64,000 bases of DNA from Chrysomallon squamiferum (GCA_012295275.1 CM022674.1:1984001-2048000); one strand, 5' to 3'. Counted from the stretch's first letter, positions 34,662-49,893 are shown. A program made the numbers and translations. The notes: generated by a model not told the origin, from the letters alone.

Positions 34662-37600
34662 ATGACTGGTGTTGAAATGCAAATCGCCGTGGTATGTTCC
34701 AGCAATCAAAACCGCAGTATGGAAGCTCATAGTTTTCTTGGGTAAGAAGCACAAAGAAAATAACAAGTTGTAAATAAAAATAAAATTAATTTTTGAAAGT
34801 AGGCGAAGGCTTGGAAATATGAAACACGATTTCATTAATTTAACTGTTTTGTGAAAAATGCTGACATGAACGTTGATGAAAATGGCGTCTGGTGTAGGCC
34901 AGGGAAACGGATTCCATTTTTCGGAGTGATTTCATAACTTGTGTCTAAAAATAGATTAATATTATCAAGAAGCTTGTTTTTAACTCATTTCTTTTAAGAT
35001 TAAAAGTGTTTTAGAAAATTTAGAATAATGATAGTTACTAAGGTAATAACTCTCTGTAAAACGTGATAAACCAACCTTGAACCTAATTTTAAATAGTAAA
35101 TAGGTGTTAGTGAAAGGGGCAGCCAGTATTATGAGTATAAATATAACTTATCGCCTTGTTATTAGTGACAACACCAGGCCAGTGATGATTATTACTTGAT
35201 TACTATTTTTATTATAAGTCATATTACAAAACCATGGATTTTAATTTCAGTAGGTAATTTTAATTTATGTAGATTGAAAATAATACTAGCATTGCCCCAT
35301 GACCATATGCTGTACCATGAGTAGTAACAGAACAAATAATTATAAACTGTTGAAATTAATGTTTCTGGTAATTTGCTCATAATTAATATAATCATATAAG
35401 TAAAAATGAAATTACACATAAGATTAAAATGAATGGTCTTGAATTCTCAAAAATAACAATCACTACTGACATACCATTATCGTCCTAAGTTGTTCTGCCA
35501 TATCAACAGGTATGTGGTTCCAAGACCCATAGTACATTTTAAATAAAAATTATGTAATTTAAGTTTAAACTCCAGCAAAAGGTTATTCTAAAAACCACTT
35601 CTAAAACCAGTGTAAATTATTCACAAATGTAAGTATATTTTTTTCAATTGCCATTGGTCAAAACTGGATGCAGAACCTGAAGATGGGACAGGCAGGCTGT
35701 GTTTATAATGAAAGATGTGACTCATTTAATTATAATGGCTGAAATGTAGAAATGTCTTTTCACATTGATTCATGTAAATGATAGTACTATAAATATTTGT
35801 TCACCCATCAATCAAAATAATTTGATTTCATTCATCTTGAGGCTTTATGTATTGGAAGGTATTTTAAAATACAGTTAATCAAATAATAGCATTCAGTTTT
35901 CATCATAAATATTAATTTTATTGAACTGATGGAATATATATAACAATGAAAGAGTAACCAACAGGAATCTTTTCCCCTCCCCCTTTTATTACACCACCAT
36001 AATGTTGTTTGGCCTATTCAGTGGATATCTAAGATTTGTTTTTGCCTTCATTTGCAGACAATGGAAATCAATTACTTTTCACTCTATTTCTTAAAGAGAG
36101 ATCAATTTTTCTTTAAACAGGAATTTTCTGTGTTCTGTCAGTAATGCATGTGATGTGTAACAATGCATGTGGCTGCAGGTGATGCTCAAACTTTGTAACC
36201 AAGCCTGCTGTGGTTTTAACACATTAGAGGACAATCTCTTAGTTCATTGCTTGCCAGTACTGGCTGTCTGTTACATTTGTAACATGACCATATAAGGTAA
36301 AGGTCTGTTGTGATTGCAGTTGTAATGCTATAGGTCTATTGCAGATGTAACCAACACTTGCAATATGTCTTTAATCCAGGCTGCCAACCCAGAAAAAAAC
36401 TTCAGAAGAAATTAGCAATATAAACGTGGACTTTCACATTACTTTATCCACATAGACCTCAGGGGCAGGAAAGAATGGTGTCATGCGCAATGTTCCTTAT
36501 TGCTGGAGTTGGAGCAACCATCAGTGATTATCATTATTGGGTAATGTTTTATCTGATGAAGCACTGGAGTTATCCAAAAAAATGAAATGGAGATGCAAGA
36601 GAAAGAAAACAACAAAATATCTCTTTTTTTTTTTCATGCTTTCTTTGATTTGGACATTTTCCTGAAATATTTAATACTGAAATTTGACATTTTTGGGGAA
36701 TATAGGTCTTTAATGGGTTTTTTTTTATGGATTTATAAGGGCCTTGTTTTATGATTGTAACTGGTATGTTATTGTTTTTATTTGGTCATATTTTTATAGG
36801 AGACATGATGGTGTCCGTTGTAGTAACACATGTAAACTAAGCCTGTTACCCCATCAGGTGAATCCTGCACTTTAGGTCAGGCTATAATGTTTAAACTGTA
36901 AATAGTTGGTTATGGTTTTAAACTTGCAGTGTGTGTCTAACTAGGTCTGTTACGTGATTTTATATAGGTTCAATACTTTTTGCAAGGTTTTGCATGACAT
37001 CCATTCCATCCAAGAATAAATAGTATTAAAACATCAGACTTGGCAGTATTATTTCTTTCTTTCTTTTTATTTATTTATTTTTTTTTTTTTAATGAAAAAG
37101 TGTATTTATCCATATGAGAATAATTATGAATGTAATGATTTTTGCATCTAAAGCAGGTCTAGAATTTATTGATTGTGAGCTGTCCATCATCCCAGTTATT
37201 TGTTTATGGGTCTGGACTAGTATTTTTGTTAAAGGCTTCATCATGGCATCTTAGCTTATTGCTGACTTTACTCTCTGCCTTGTTCTACATAATCTTGTAC
37301 ACCTTTCCTGCCAATCTAAGAATTCCAATTTAAAATGCAAGTAAGAATGAAGGAGAGTCTAAATTGTCCTTTTAGGGAATGTAGTTACATAGCTCCCAGT
37401 TTGTTGCTTTTAAATAAGAGCTTAAATTTGATACTCTTTATTTTAACATCAGTGGATGCATGTTCAAGGTTTATTATATTTCTTTTAGAATTCAGTAGAC
37501 CTCTGTTAAACTGCTGCATGTATCTTTAGGGCTTTGTGGACCCTAAATCAGGCAATGCAATACATACACCTATATTGGAAATGGTCACAGAAATTTTATT

Positions 37601-40600
37601 TGATCAGTTGTTGACAACCCCAGTGTCGTATCTATTCAAAAGGAAGAAAACAAACAAACAAACAAACAAAAAAAAAAAAAAATTAAAATTTATTAAAATT
37701 TTGTGACTGATAAAAAAAAAAAAAAAAAAAAAATAATACAATATCATTCCTCTCTTCTTTTTTTTAGAATTTTTAAAATTATCTTTGACTTATGACTTTT
37801 GTTATTCCAAGCAAATTAGTTTTAATGTTTTTATTTTGTTATTATTTCAGCAAGAAAGGCTTCCGAGTTCGTTCGTTTGGAACAGGAAATCAAGTGAAAC
37901 TGCCAGGACCATCTCCAGACAAACCCAACATCTATGATTTCAACTGTACCTATGATGAGATGTACAAAGACCTTATTGAAAAAGATAGTGAACTGTATCC
38001 ATTCTTAACCAGTGCTTTTACTCCAAAACTAAACTTAAAAAAAAAAAAAAAAAAAGTTTTATAATGATCTGTTCCCATAGTTTTTGTAACTTTTAACTTT
38101 TTTTAAACATTTTTTAGAAACTTATTTTCATGTATAGGTTGGAAACTGCTTAGGTAAGCTGTAGCTACAGAATTATTTATTTTATTTATTTTATTCTTTT
38201 TTACTGTTATTTTGGAAATGAAGGGTTTTGTTTTTTTATATATATATATAAAGGCAGTTCTCTTCCATTATTTTGTGAATGACAGAAGTTGGAAAACTTT
38301 GCCTGAGGTTAAATAAGGTAATGATCAGTTTTATTTCATTTTTAATAGTTAAATAATTAATAATCCCAATTTAAATACAAGAATGTATATCAAATTCTTG
38401 GTTGGATTTTTGAAAATTATTTTTAATCCTGAAATGTTCTATTGTGATATTAACAGGATGATAACTCAAAACACTCACGAACGCACACACACTGTTCAAA
38501 TACTACCATATAGATATATTTTTGTTCTGTTGATATTAATAGGACGATCACATACACACACATTTTTTTTTAATTTGGAGAAAAAAGGAAATAATTTTAC
38601 AGGATTCAAATAATAATTTATTTTATCACAGGTTGATTCTCTAGGTACAAATAAATTAGTAACTTCGAAGTATTTACATTTAGATAAAAATTAGTAGTAA
38701 TTTTAATAATAAATGCTTATAATAAACTATGCAGAACAAAACTAATGCTTTAATGTACATCTTTTCTTTTTTTTTTGAAGTGAGAAGAATATTTACTTTA
38801 TTATTTTTTTTAATGAAGATTTTTATTTTTATTTTTTTGTTTTTTTTTTAAATATAGACTTTTGCATTCAAGACTAAAACCGTTTTGCAGAACATATCAT
38901 TTTTTAAATTATTATTATTATTATTATTATTATAATTTAATTATTATTATTTAATTTAATAATATAAATAAATATAAATAAATAAATTAATTAATTACAA
39001 ATCAAGTTTTTAGCCAAACTTTTGCACGCCCAAATTCTGGATCGTTTCATATTTAAATAATTTTCTTTATTGTAAAATTAAGAAATATAAAATAATGTAT
39101 GTGTTTATTTTTATTTGGTCTGTATTAATTTTATTTTTATTATTTTGTATTTCAGATGAATCCAGTGAAGAAAGTAATGGTAAATAATGTAAGGTTTAAT
39201 AAAACTTAAAAACATTTCTAGTAATAAACTGCAGTTGGCCGACTTCCTGTGAATGTTTTTATTACTGCATGATTTTGTACAAAACTTATTTTATTTCCTC
39301 TATGGTTCTATAACACGTTTCTGATTCTGGTTTCAACCAGATTCCATAACTTGAATTTCAACTTTGCATAATGATTTCAATTCGGTCTTGCATCCTTGTA
39401 GTTTTGTTTATTCAAATGTTTCTGATCCGGTCGGTTATTGAATTAGAACACAAAAATCACACAACGCTTTTCAAGAACTAAGAATAGTTACCGTCATTTT
39501 AGTCGGTAGTTATGATTTTAAACAATATATATGAAAAATAAACAACTATTTTTACATTAAATTAAAAATAATAATAAAAAAAACAGATAAAAGCGAAACA
39601 ATGAAAGAATACTCGGCAACGACGCCATTTTTAAAAAGTTTATTGTAAGGGGAGGTAATTTCAACTTTGTATATGGTTTCGATCAGGGGAAATAACTACA
39701 TAATCATTAAACTTGCAGGCACACGATCGATTTTCCGGGTACCAATCCGAGACACCTCTTAATTCGGTTAAAGTTAAGACTAGGCATTTGAATTAATTTA
39801 TATTTTAATTTTATTTAATAATATGGATTCCTTGATGCATCGATAATAATAAATTAATATATTTCATTTAATATACTTTCCACAGATATATATATTGCTG
39901 AATTATATTCTGGTCTCTCTTGATCTGGAAAGGCTTTGCAGCAAGGTTTCCGGAAATTTGGTGCTGTACCTGTACTAAAATTAACGAATTTATCATAAAT
40001 TTATTTCATAATATTTTTTCGTGGATCGGTGAATTATTAGAAATGCTCGTATTTCTCGTATTGAATGCTATTGAAATAAAATGTACGTGTATATGAGTGA
40101 AAAAGAAGTGGAAAAAATCAACTAACTCATAACTTAATTTAAAACACGGTTTAGTTATTTTTTTCTTTTAAATCCCTGAAAATAGATTTAAACAACAACA
40201 AGATGTTGCTACTGCAAAATTTGCAATCTTTTATTAATACCAAAAATCGTTATAAATATTTAAATGTTTCAAGGACACAGATTTAAATTCCACAAATAAG
40301 ATATTTTGAAATTTCTGACGGAATATTTATGGAATATAATAAATAAATAAATGAAACTAAATAAAGATTAAGAAAAAAAAAAAAAGAAAAAAAGAAGAAC
40401 ATAAGGATTTTCTTCGGCGATAATGTTAAGCTTGTAATTAATAGTTTACTTTTTTAACTACAAGGAATTTAACTGATCATGCTCTTTAGGGTGGAACATG
40501 CTTTATATAAATGAGTTCATGGCAGAATAATTTAAATTTGTTTCTGTTGTATATTTCTGTATACTTATCATTTTTATTTTATTAATTTTTATTATCTTCT

Positions 40601-41104
40601 TCTTCTTATTCTACTACCACTATTATTTATTACTTATTATTATTATTATTATTATTATTTATTTTATTTTATTTTATTTTATTTTATTTTATTTTATTTT
40701 ATTTTTTTATTTTTTTATTTTGTTTTATTTTATATTTTGTCAGAAAGATCGAATTTAAATATTCATGTTTTTCTTTGTTTCTTATCTCTTATTTATTTTA
40801 ACTTTTTTCTCTACAGTAGCCATTGTCAATACAGAACACTCTGCTACAGAATTTACAAATTTAGCGCAGATAATTTTGTCAAATTACCCATTTTGTTTCT
40901 ACATTTTAATATATTTTTAATTAAGCCTGAAGCAAAAGGTTTTTTTCTGCGTTACTGTGCCCAAAAAGAACTGTTAAGATACGAAGTGTTTACTTATATG
41001 GAATCCATGTCTTAAAGGCCATAATATTACCTTTCTCTAGAGTGATGCTCAAGACAATAGAGCCATTGAGTAAACATTTTAAACCATTATTGTTCATTGT
41101 TTAA

Positions 41105-41164
<60 letters not shown>

Positions 41165-41260
41165 AAAAAAATAAAATAAAGAGCAAATCCCTCCCCATGT
41201 ATTTAGAGTATTTTCCTCTGTAGTATAGTAATTAGTCTTGTAGAAATAATGCAAATATTT

Positions 41261-41308
<48 letters not shown>

Positions 41309-42069
41309 TATTTTAATTTTCTTAAAAATTTATTCTTTCAAAAGCGGCCTATTATAATAGATCAAAAAAGGAAAATTATTTTTTTTATCCTATTCTATTT
41401 TATTTTATTCTATTTTCTCTCATTTTATCATGCTAAGAAGGTAGAATAGTCATGTTTTTTTCAGTCAACATAAGCGAAATTTTTCAACTGTTAAATATTG
41501 TATCTAACGTCTGTAGAAAATGTAAAAGATAAACGCCTTGAAGAATTTTAACGATGATGGCAATGATGTTGAGTTTTATTCTGTTTCTGTTTTGTCTTAG
41601 AGTCATGGATGGGCATAGTTTTAATTATGGGTCATTAAATTTTATGTCTGTTTAATATTACATTTAATTATTGCAGAATGATCAACCCAGAAGATGATAT
41701 GGGCATTTTAATTTTTTCAACAACACGTACAGGGGTAAGATAAGTTAAATTTATAAATGATTGTTTCAGCTGACATAACGAGAACCGTACTTGAGAATGC
41801 GTGCTCGATTTTTGAATAATTTCTTTTGTTGAAGATTTCTGTGTTTAATTTTCATCTGTAACGAAAGTAAGGGGAAACATTTTGTTTTATATAATAATAC
41901 ACATTTGATTACAGTTGTATTTTGGGTCAGTTAAAGTTGATTTATTATTTCTTTCTTTCTTTCTTTTTTACTTCATCACTAACAAAAAAAATGACCAACG
42001 GAAGTCCTTTTCATTTTTATCAGTTACGGAAAATCGGAATTGCCGTATCTCGTATAACTTAACAAAATC

Positions 42070-42146
<77 letters not shown>

Positions 42147-43482
42147 CTAACAACAATAATAACAGTAAGCATAAGAACATTAAGTTGGTGAAAAATATAA
42201 TCAATGTTTTCGAAATAGCGTAGTCTTAATGACAAAATTTTAAATTATCACGACTCTTTGCACTTTGGCAATAAAAAGGAGGTGTAGGCCATAGACTTGT
42301 ATTATCACATTTATGTGAAGGTGCACACAGAATGCCTTGCTGCTAATCTTGTAAGAATTGCCTATGGATTGAAAACAGTGTTTTCTGTTCCATATCGAGC
42401 GTTAAGATTAAAATGTGAACTCGGATCGTCTCTCGAGGACAAATAGTTCCCAAAATGGGCGAGGTTGACGAGAGTAAGGACTCTAGGAGGGGACTGTATA
42501 GATAATTAATTTTTTCATTCGCTGAATATGCATTGTAAAGCAACATTTTATAGTTTTGCAAATGAAGACCGAGTGTTAAGCAGACGTTGACTTAACAAAA
42601 GTGTGAGAACAACTGCTAAGGCTAAACGTATCTGAATATATTTCCTAATTGGTCAGAATTATTGTTCATTGATGGAGACGACAAAGCACGCACTCACGCA
42701 CACATACTCTTACGCATACTTGATAGCCATACGCATTATTTTGTTGTTCAGTCGTACTTGCGTGCAACTATTATTTCTGCGACTGCTTATGTAGCACCTC
42801 GGAAAATTTATTTGATAGATTTGTGCTTTCGAATCGGTCCGATCTGTATTAGTTTACAGTTACAATAAACATGTCGGCGCCCTAATATGTTTAAAGTATA
42901 CTTTATTATTAATTAAAACTAGATGGCAAAAAAAAAAAAATCGAATATAATTAGAACATTCCTTAGAAGTATGTGGAATATAATTAACATTTTTTAGTAT
43001 CAGCATCCGGTTCACTTTATTAACAGATTATTATAGCCGTTAAAGAGGCTAGAAGAAAAGATAATAACATTTTGATTTCAGTAAGTTTGATTGAAAATGT
43101 TAGTCCTTTGGTGTAAATGTTTTTATCTGAAGTGCAGAGAACGATCGAAGTGTCATGATCTGAAGTCACCCCGGACTGTAACGAAGATAACCGAAGAACA
43201 GAAGTTACGAACGATTAGTTCGTGAGGCGTGAAGGTCTCCGGTCGTCAGCCAGTTTTGTTTCTCTTAATAACAAGTAAGTTAATATCTGGACAAGCACGT
43301 GCAATGTTATACTTTAAACGTGACACAAAGAAGTTAGTGCAACTTCAAATGACCAGTACCGTAATATTGGTTGGACAGTTGCATAGTAATTTGATATGAA
43401 GATATCTGAACGATAGTGAAGTCAATGAAAAGATACTTTGACAACGAAATCTTAATTATTTTAATTCTTTTTTTTTTAAAAA

Positions 43483-43513
<31 letters not shown>

Positions 43514-44456
43514 TTTTTGTTTATTATTTAAAGTTAACCACTTCATTTTAGCTCATCATTACATTAACAAACATATTTGAATTACAGCATTTTACACTGA
43601 CATTTGAACTGATGTCATAATTTTTTTTGTTTATATCATATAATATTAAACACCTTATCTGTGATGCAAACATATTTCAGTATTGAGACAATAAGGCTGT
43701 TATCTGAAGTAGTCATTAATGTAGACCTTTGACATAATGGTCATTTGAACCTGTGTTTTCATTATTAAGAAATTAATCTGTTCATTATCCTGACGTAGCT
43801 GCTTGAAAAAAGACTGAGAATTTTAACATATCTGTATCATCCATTGTTTTACTATTAACTATTTAAGGCAGACTTGAATCTATTTAGCATAGTTACTGAA
43901 TTAATGTCTTCGGATTAATTTAGACCTTGAATAATTCTATCATAGTTACATTAAAACGTTGCATTTATTAGCCTAATGATCTAAATGAAGAATATTTTGT
44001 CACTGATGGACACAGACGTCAACGCTGGAGTTTGGAGGGAACTAATTAGAAAGAGAAAAAGAAGAAAGAAAGAAAAAAAATATAATAAAAATTACGTAAA
44101 TTCCTGCATTACAAGTATATTGACGTAAACAACCTGTTAGTGACGTCTGTCTGCATTTTTGATGAATAAAATGGCGGGAAAACATCTAATCAGATGTATT
44201 GATGTAAAGATTTGAAACGAAACCTTCATGTAATAGAAAATCTTTCAACGTTCCCATTATTCTGGCACCTCTGCATAGCGATAACCTTTTAATAAAAACC
44301 AATACTTAAATATGTTACTTATAAGAAACGTGGCAGTGCTTTTAACCAACCAATGGCTATGCAGGCCTTGGCAAATGGTGTTGATACAGTAAAATAATTA
44401 AAGCAGCCATTTTAACACTACTGTCTGACATCGGGTGCGTTATGTGTCTATTTATT

Positions 44457-44498
<42 letters not shown>

Positions 44499-45147
44499 TT
44501 TTTTTTTTTTTTTTAAGGGACTTCCTGAACGCTTGCTTATACATATTGACGATTAGTAGGTGTGAAGCCTTTTGTTTGGGGCACAATGACGAAATGAAGA
44601 AAAATAAATAAACAAATAAATAAATATATAAATAAATAATAACCCTACCTAGCCACTAGGCAGTTTTTATCATTGACACGGGATCTGTTGTTAACAATGC
44701 ATTCTTTCCTTGGACAGAAAAAACCCCCACATGACTCGGCCTGAGGTAATTAATTAGTTGTGGGTCGCTGAACCGAGCGTGGTAACAGATGAAATGGAAA
44801 GATAGCAAGCTCCTTGTTGTTTTATTTACTAATTCATCCATTCATTTATATTCTTTTCTATTTATTATTATGATTGTCATCATGGTCCTCGTCATAATTA
44901 CCATTATAATTGTCGTCATCATCATGATCATTACTACTACTACTGCTGTTACTACTGTTACTACTACCACTGCTGCTACTACAAGTATTACTAATGCTGT
45001 TACTACTGTTACTACTACCACTGCTGCTACTACTACTATTACTACTGCTACTACTACCGATTTAATCTAATATTATTAAAATTAATACTTTATAAACAAA
45101 TTTATTTCATCTTTGTAAAGGTTATCTGTACATCACAGAGATTAGGG

Positions 45148-45186
<39 letters not shown>

Positions 45187-45687
45187 GTTTGTTTATTTAT
45201 CTGTTTGTTTGTTTGTTTGTTTATCTGTTGTTAACGTTGCAGCTGCTGTTATTATCTGTTAAATTTTGTCGCCCGTTTGTTTACATTACGTTTGCTAACC
45301 TTAACTTGACGTCAGATACACACAAAACGGAATTCTGCACATGCTGGATCGCAATCGTCGAATCAAACCGAAGCCTGAACGATTTCAGTCGTGCAAGGAC
45401 AAGTTTGACATCGTCATCACGTGTGAGGAGAGAGTGTACGACCAGGTTATTGACGGTACGTATAGCTGTCAGACCAGATATTTCAAGAACCGACCGACCT
45501 TTCAGCCATTTCGTAAAATGTCCGATGCAGAGAACCTAACCTCGTTACTGCTATCAGTGATGTTTTAGGTTAAATGCACACTGCATCGTAGTTTTTTTTG
45601 TAGAATCGTTAAACCTCTGGCATTTATTTATTTATTTATTTATTATTGTTATTGTTATTGTTATTGTTATTGTTATTGTTATTGTTA

Positions 45688-45718
<31 letters not shown>

Positions 45719-45800
45719 TTTATTTATTATTATTATTATTATTATCATTTATTTATTTATTTTTATTTTTATTTTTATTTATTTATTTATTTTTTTATTA

Positions 45801-45842
<42 letters not shown>

Positions 45843-45863
45843 CATCATCATTATCATTATCAT

Positions 45864-45899
<36 letters not shown>

Positions 45900-46587
45900 G
45901 ATTTGGAAAACCGTGATAAAGAGGATGCACAGGCGACACATATCATCAACATCGACATTCAGGACAACCACGAAGAGGCTACCATTGGAGCTTTCCTCAT
46001 TTGTGAACTCGTTACCTTGGTGAGCAGAACCCGGGGGTGGTCCTTTCGATTAAAAATATAATTAACATTAATTTTAAAGCTGATTTAAACTATTTAGTTT
46101 ATTGTGGATATTTTATTGTATATGGTTTAAAATATTATAAATCAGGTTTTCGTATTGATTTATTTTATTCTTTTCTGTTCTTGCATTGTTATGATCAAAC
46201 AATGTTACTGAGCAGCCGATCGTTGTTTTAGTGCTGGCAGTTCGTTAAACAGTCACATTTCTTTTTTTTTTATTGGTGAATCTCCCTCTTGAATCATAAG
46301 AAATAGAATTCATTGTTTGTGAAGTTGTAAAACGGGCATTTCTGGTTATAAAGGCCTCTGTTGTTATTTCTTCTTCTTCTTTTTCTTCTTTTTTTTTTTT
46401 ATTCTTCCACATCTTTCTGAAAAATTTATTAAATCATTTTTTTTATTTGTTAATTATTAATATTATTATTTTTTCTGCATTCCAGCTCTATAGTTCGGAT
46501 GATCTGGACAATGATATAGACGAAATCTTGCAAGAATTCGAAGCCAAAATCAATAGAACTATTTTACATACCGCGACTTTCTATTAA
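34662..46587 (+). CDS. SSU72: RNA polymerase II CTD phosphatase SSU72, 194 aa, 5 exons
   Basis: Exons 34662-34741, 37851-37994, 45316-45455, 45901-46019 and 46486-46587 total 585 nt. Catalytic VCSSNQNRSMEAH (CX5R), SFGTGNQVKLPGP, YTQNGILHMLDRNRRIK, TCEERVYD and DIQDNHEEATIGA; ends LHTATFY. Confidence 0.97.
37995..45315 (+). other. U12-type (minor spliceosome) GT-AG intron, SSU72 intron 2
   Basis: 5' splice site GTATCCATT (consensus GTATCCTT); U12 branch point CCTTAAC at 45299-45305, 10 nt before the exon; no polypyrimidine tract before the CAG. Confidence 0.85.
44515..44790 (-). mobile_element. Degenerate SINE remnant
   Basis: AACCCTACCTAGCCACTAGGC...GGGATCTG...TGCATTCTTTCCTTGGACAG...CACATGACTCGGCCT resembles the minus-strand SINE bodies at 2430-2700. 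Confidence 0.4.
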
Positions 46588-48381
46588 CTGAGTCTGATGA
46601 TTTAGAACTTCTGAGTGTGATGATTTAGAACTTCTGAGTGTGATTCTTGTGTGAGTTGTGTTAGACTGCTGTTTGTCGTCTGATGCCGTTTGAAAGTTTG
46701 TCTTCTAACAAATGTTCAAAATATGTTTTTCGTTCTTTCAGATATTTTTTTTTTTTAGAATCAAAACGTTTCTGATAAAAAAAAAAAAAAAAAAAAAAAC
46801 GTATGACCTTTTCTATATTCTCGCCAAAAAAATAGGCTGTTTTTTTGTTGTTGTTGTTGTTGTTGTTTTTGTTTTTTCGTCTTTTTCATTTAACAGGTCA
46901 GTTCCTTCTAATAAATAAATAAAAAAATAAATAAATAAAGAAAGAAAGAAAGAAAGAAAGAAAGAAAATGAACGAAAGGTATAGATTAGTGATACTTGTA
47001 ATTTTCCAGTGTCTGTTCGTTTGTCTGTTTTGGATGAGTGGATGGCAATGAGGGCAATAAATTAGTACAAATTAATTTGGATTTTGAAAAACGATTACTT
47101 TAGGCTTTTGTCATTTTTTTTTTTTTTTTTTTATTATTATTATTTTTTTTTTTTTCGATGATCGTTTTCTGTCAAAATCCAACATCTTTGCTCCTATATA
47201 CACATTGATTGGGTATAATGTCCATGGTTTGATAGCACTAGCATCAGTAATATTTCCTCAAAAATATTTATTTTTTGAAACAAAACTTATATAATTAATT
47301 TTAGTCTTGGGTTTAAACATGAAGGAAAGAAAGGAATTATGTGTGTCAGATAGAAGAAAGGTCACGTGATAAAGGTATAATCTGTAAATAATTAAGTTTG
47401 AAAATGCTAAGCGTGACGGTACCACATTGTTGAATATGTATTAAGAATAAAAGAATATTTTGGTAATTATGTTTTGTTACTTATGTCTGTGACACACGCA
47501 CGTATTCACATCCTTACGTTGATCTATCGCATTACAGAGAAATTGTAACAGACAATGATATAATGGTACAAAAAATGACAGTGTTTTCGTTATGAACGAT
47601 CTATTATCATTTATAACTTAACACACACACACACATACACACACACATGTTTTTAAGAAATTTACTTTACAACATATTTGTTATATATAAATTCACAATA
47701 CTAATGTTAGTAAAAATCGCGTATTTGTGTGATTCCAAACGAAAATCCATTGCGTCTTAGCACCCCCCACTTCCCCATAATCCACACAATGATAATTTTT
47801 CTCCAAATCTTTCACGTTTTAAAATCCTTATCCGAATTTAGGAGTACCGTACTGGATGTGAAGTGATGAAAAAGAAACGTAAAATGACTAAAACTATATA
47901 TATATATATATATTTTTTTTTCCAGTCGCACTACTTTTGTCTATTTATACCCCAGCCAATCGATATTCACAAAGGTCACGTGACTGACAGCTGTATTGAC
48001 ACGAGGTGCGCTATTTCCTGACAGCGATTTTCGATAAATCATTTTGGCCTTTTGAAAAAAAAAAAAAAAAAAAATAATAATAATAATAATAAGAAAAAAA
48101 TATTAGAGATAATGAGTTGAAATTTTGACCAATAACCGACAGTATCCAGTTATGAGATTTAATCATAACATTATATATTAATAAACATTTTTTTATTATT
48201 ATTATTATTCTTTTAATTGTTTCTTTTTTCATTATCTTTCTTTAGTATGCGTCACTTATGTTAGATTTATAAATGTTTAGTATTTTTTCATTTAGAATCA
48301 AAATTAACAGATTCTAAAATTAAACATTAATGTTTTAAAAATCAAAGCAGAACTCAGTTAAATAGTTTGACATAAAGACAA

Positions 48382-48412
<31 letters not shown>

Positions 48413-49058
48413 AGCTGATTTTAACAAAATTAATATAGATATATTTAAAGTTTTTCGTTCTTTTAGCATAACACTCAATGCCCGGCCTTCACCTTTCACC
48501 TATGCACGTGAGCTTTCAGAGTTTTATTTTGGCGGGAAATGACCGAACTTTCATTATCGCCGAAAAACTAATTTTCCTTTTTCCATTTTTTTTTTTTTTT
48601 TGAACACGGACACAGACGTGTCCACAGTTAAATAATAACAAAAAGTTTATATTACAGTTATCTTTAAAGCAACATGTAGACAAAAATATTATTTTAAAAG
48701 AATGATGGGGGAGAATAAGAAGATTGATAAGGAAAGAAAAAAAAACAAACCCCTTTAAAAATTAAAAATTAAAAAAAACCCAAAACCCAGATGATTTTGA
48801 CGAGATATAATTATCATATAGTTTCTCTCAAATCCCTAATATATTTAGAGACGAAGTTTACGCAATCAGCGTATTTGTAGTAATACATTTTGTAACCTGT
48901 TTACTTCCACGTTACGTATTATACGATTCCTTAATATATTTAGCAGGAAAACAGCATTAAGATTATATTCAAGCAGTGACGTATTTAGACTTGATGAGCC
49001 AAGTATATATATATATATATACACATATGTGTGTGTGTGTGTGTGTGTGTTTATATAT

Positions 49059-49097
<39 letters not shown>

Positions 49098-49631
49098 GTT
49101 GACTAAATAAGTAACACGATCACTTACATTAATACTTAGTACTGTACTGTACTGTATAATCTCCTCGTCAAAAAATGTATATTGTGAGGCCCTAAGCTCT
49201 AGTTTATTGAGCTTGTAGCTAAATCCGGCAACCAAAATATAAAAAATATAAAAAATAAAAAAATAAAAAAAATTAAAAAATTAAATTAATCATAATAGAT
49301 AAATAAATTAAATTAAATTAAATTAAATTAAATTAAATAAAAAAAAAAATAATAATATAACTAAACTAAAACGTTTTGATTGCGTTGTGATTACATTAAA
49401 TATATTAGATGGAAACAAACAATTTGGGTTAATTATATTATCGTTCTTCAGCGCTTGTTTACTGTCTTGAAAATAATGTTGATCTGATACGGAAAATTGC
49501 GAAATGTAACGATTAATTTATTAATCCGCGAAGCGAGGAAATTTAGGATTGAGTTCGATTCAATTATCTTTGAAGAATGTTTTAAATATGAGGTTTTTAT
49601 ATAAAACGATGATATCAGATTTTACACACTT

Positions 49632-49684
<53 letters not shown>

Positions 49685-49811
49685 GCTACTACTTTTAATA
49701 ATACTAATAAAGAAGTAACAACAACAACAACTATTTACGATTTTAAGTAGTACTTAACAGAAAAATGTTGTGGCACCAATCGAATACAATCTTTCAGGTT
49801 ATAAATAGAAT

Positions 49812-49893
49812 GAACAAGCGTGTTCGAGAGAACTCGCATGTCCGAGCAAGTTCAAACAAGTCTTTGACGTAGGCATTTCTGAGCATATATAAA
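49812..49893 (+). promoter_or_regulatory. Core promoter of the vWA gene: p53-family response element plus TATA box
   Basis: Contiguous decamers TCGCATGTCC-GAGCAAGTTC-AAACAAGTCT (49834-49863; the last two match RRRCWWGYYY perfectly) and TATATAAA at 49886-49893. A putative non-coding exon ends at the GTATG donor at 50006; the acceptor is at 50320. Confidence 0.7.

Noticed and set aside
46596-46645. TGATGA...CTGA box C/D-like motifs just after the SSU72 stop
   Set aside because: A 23-bp tandem duplication in the 3' UTR; too short, not intronic, and no terminal stem for a snoRNA.
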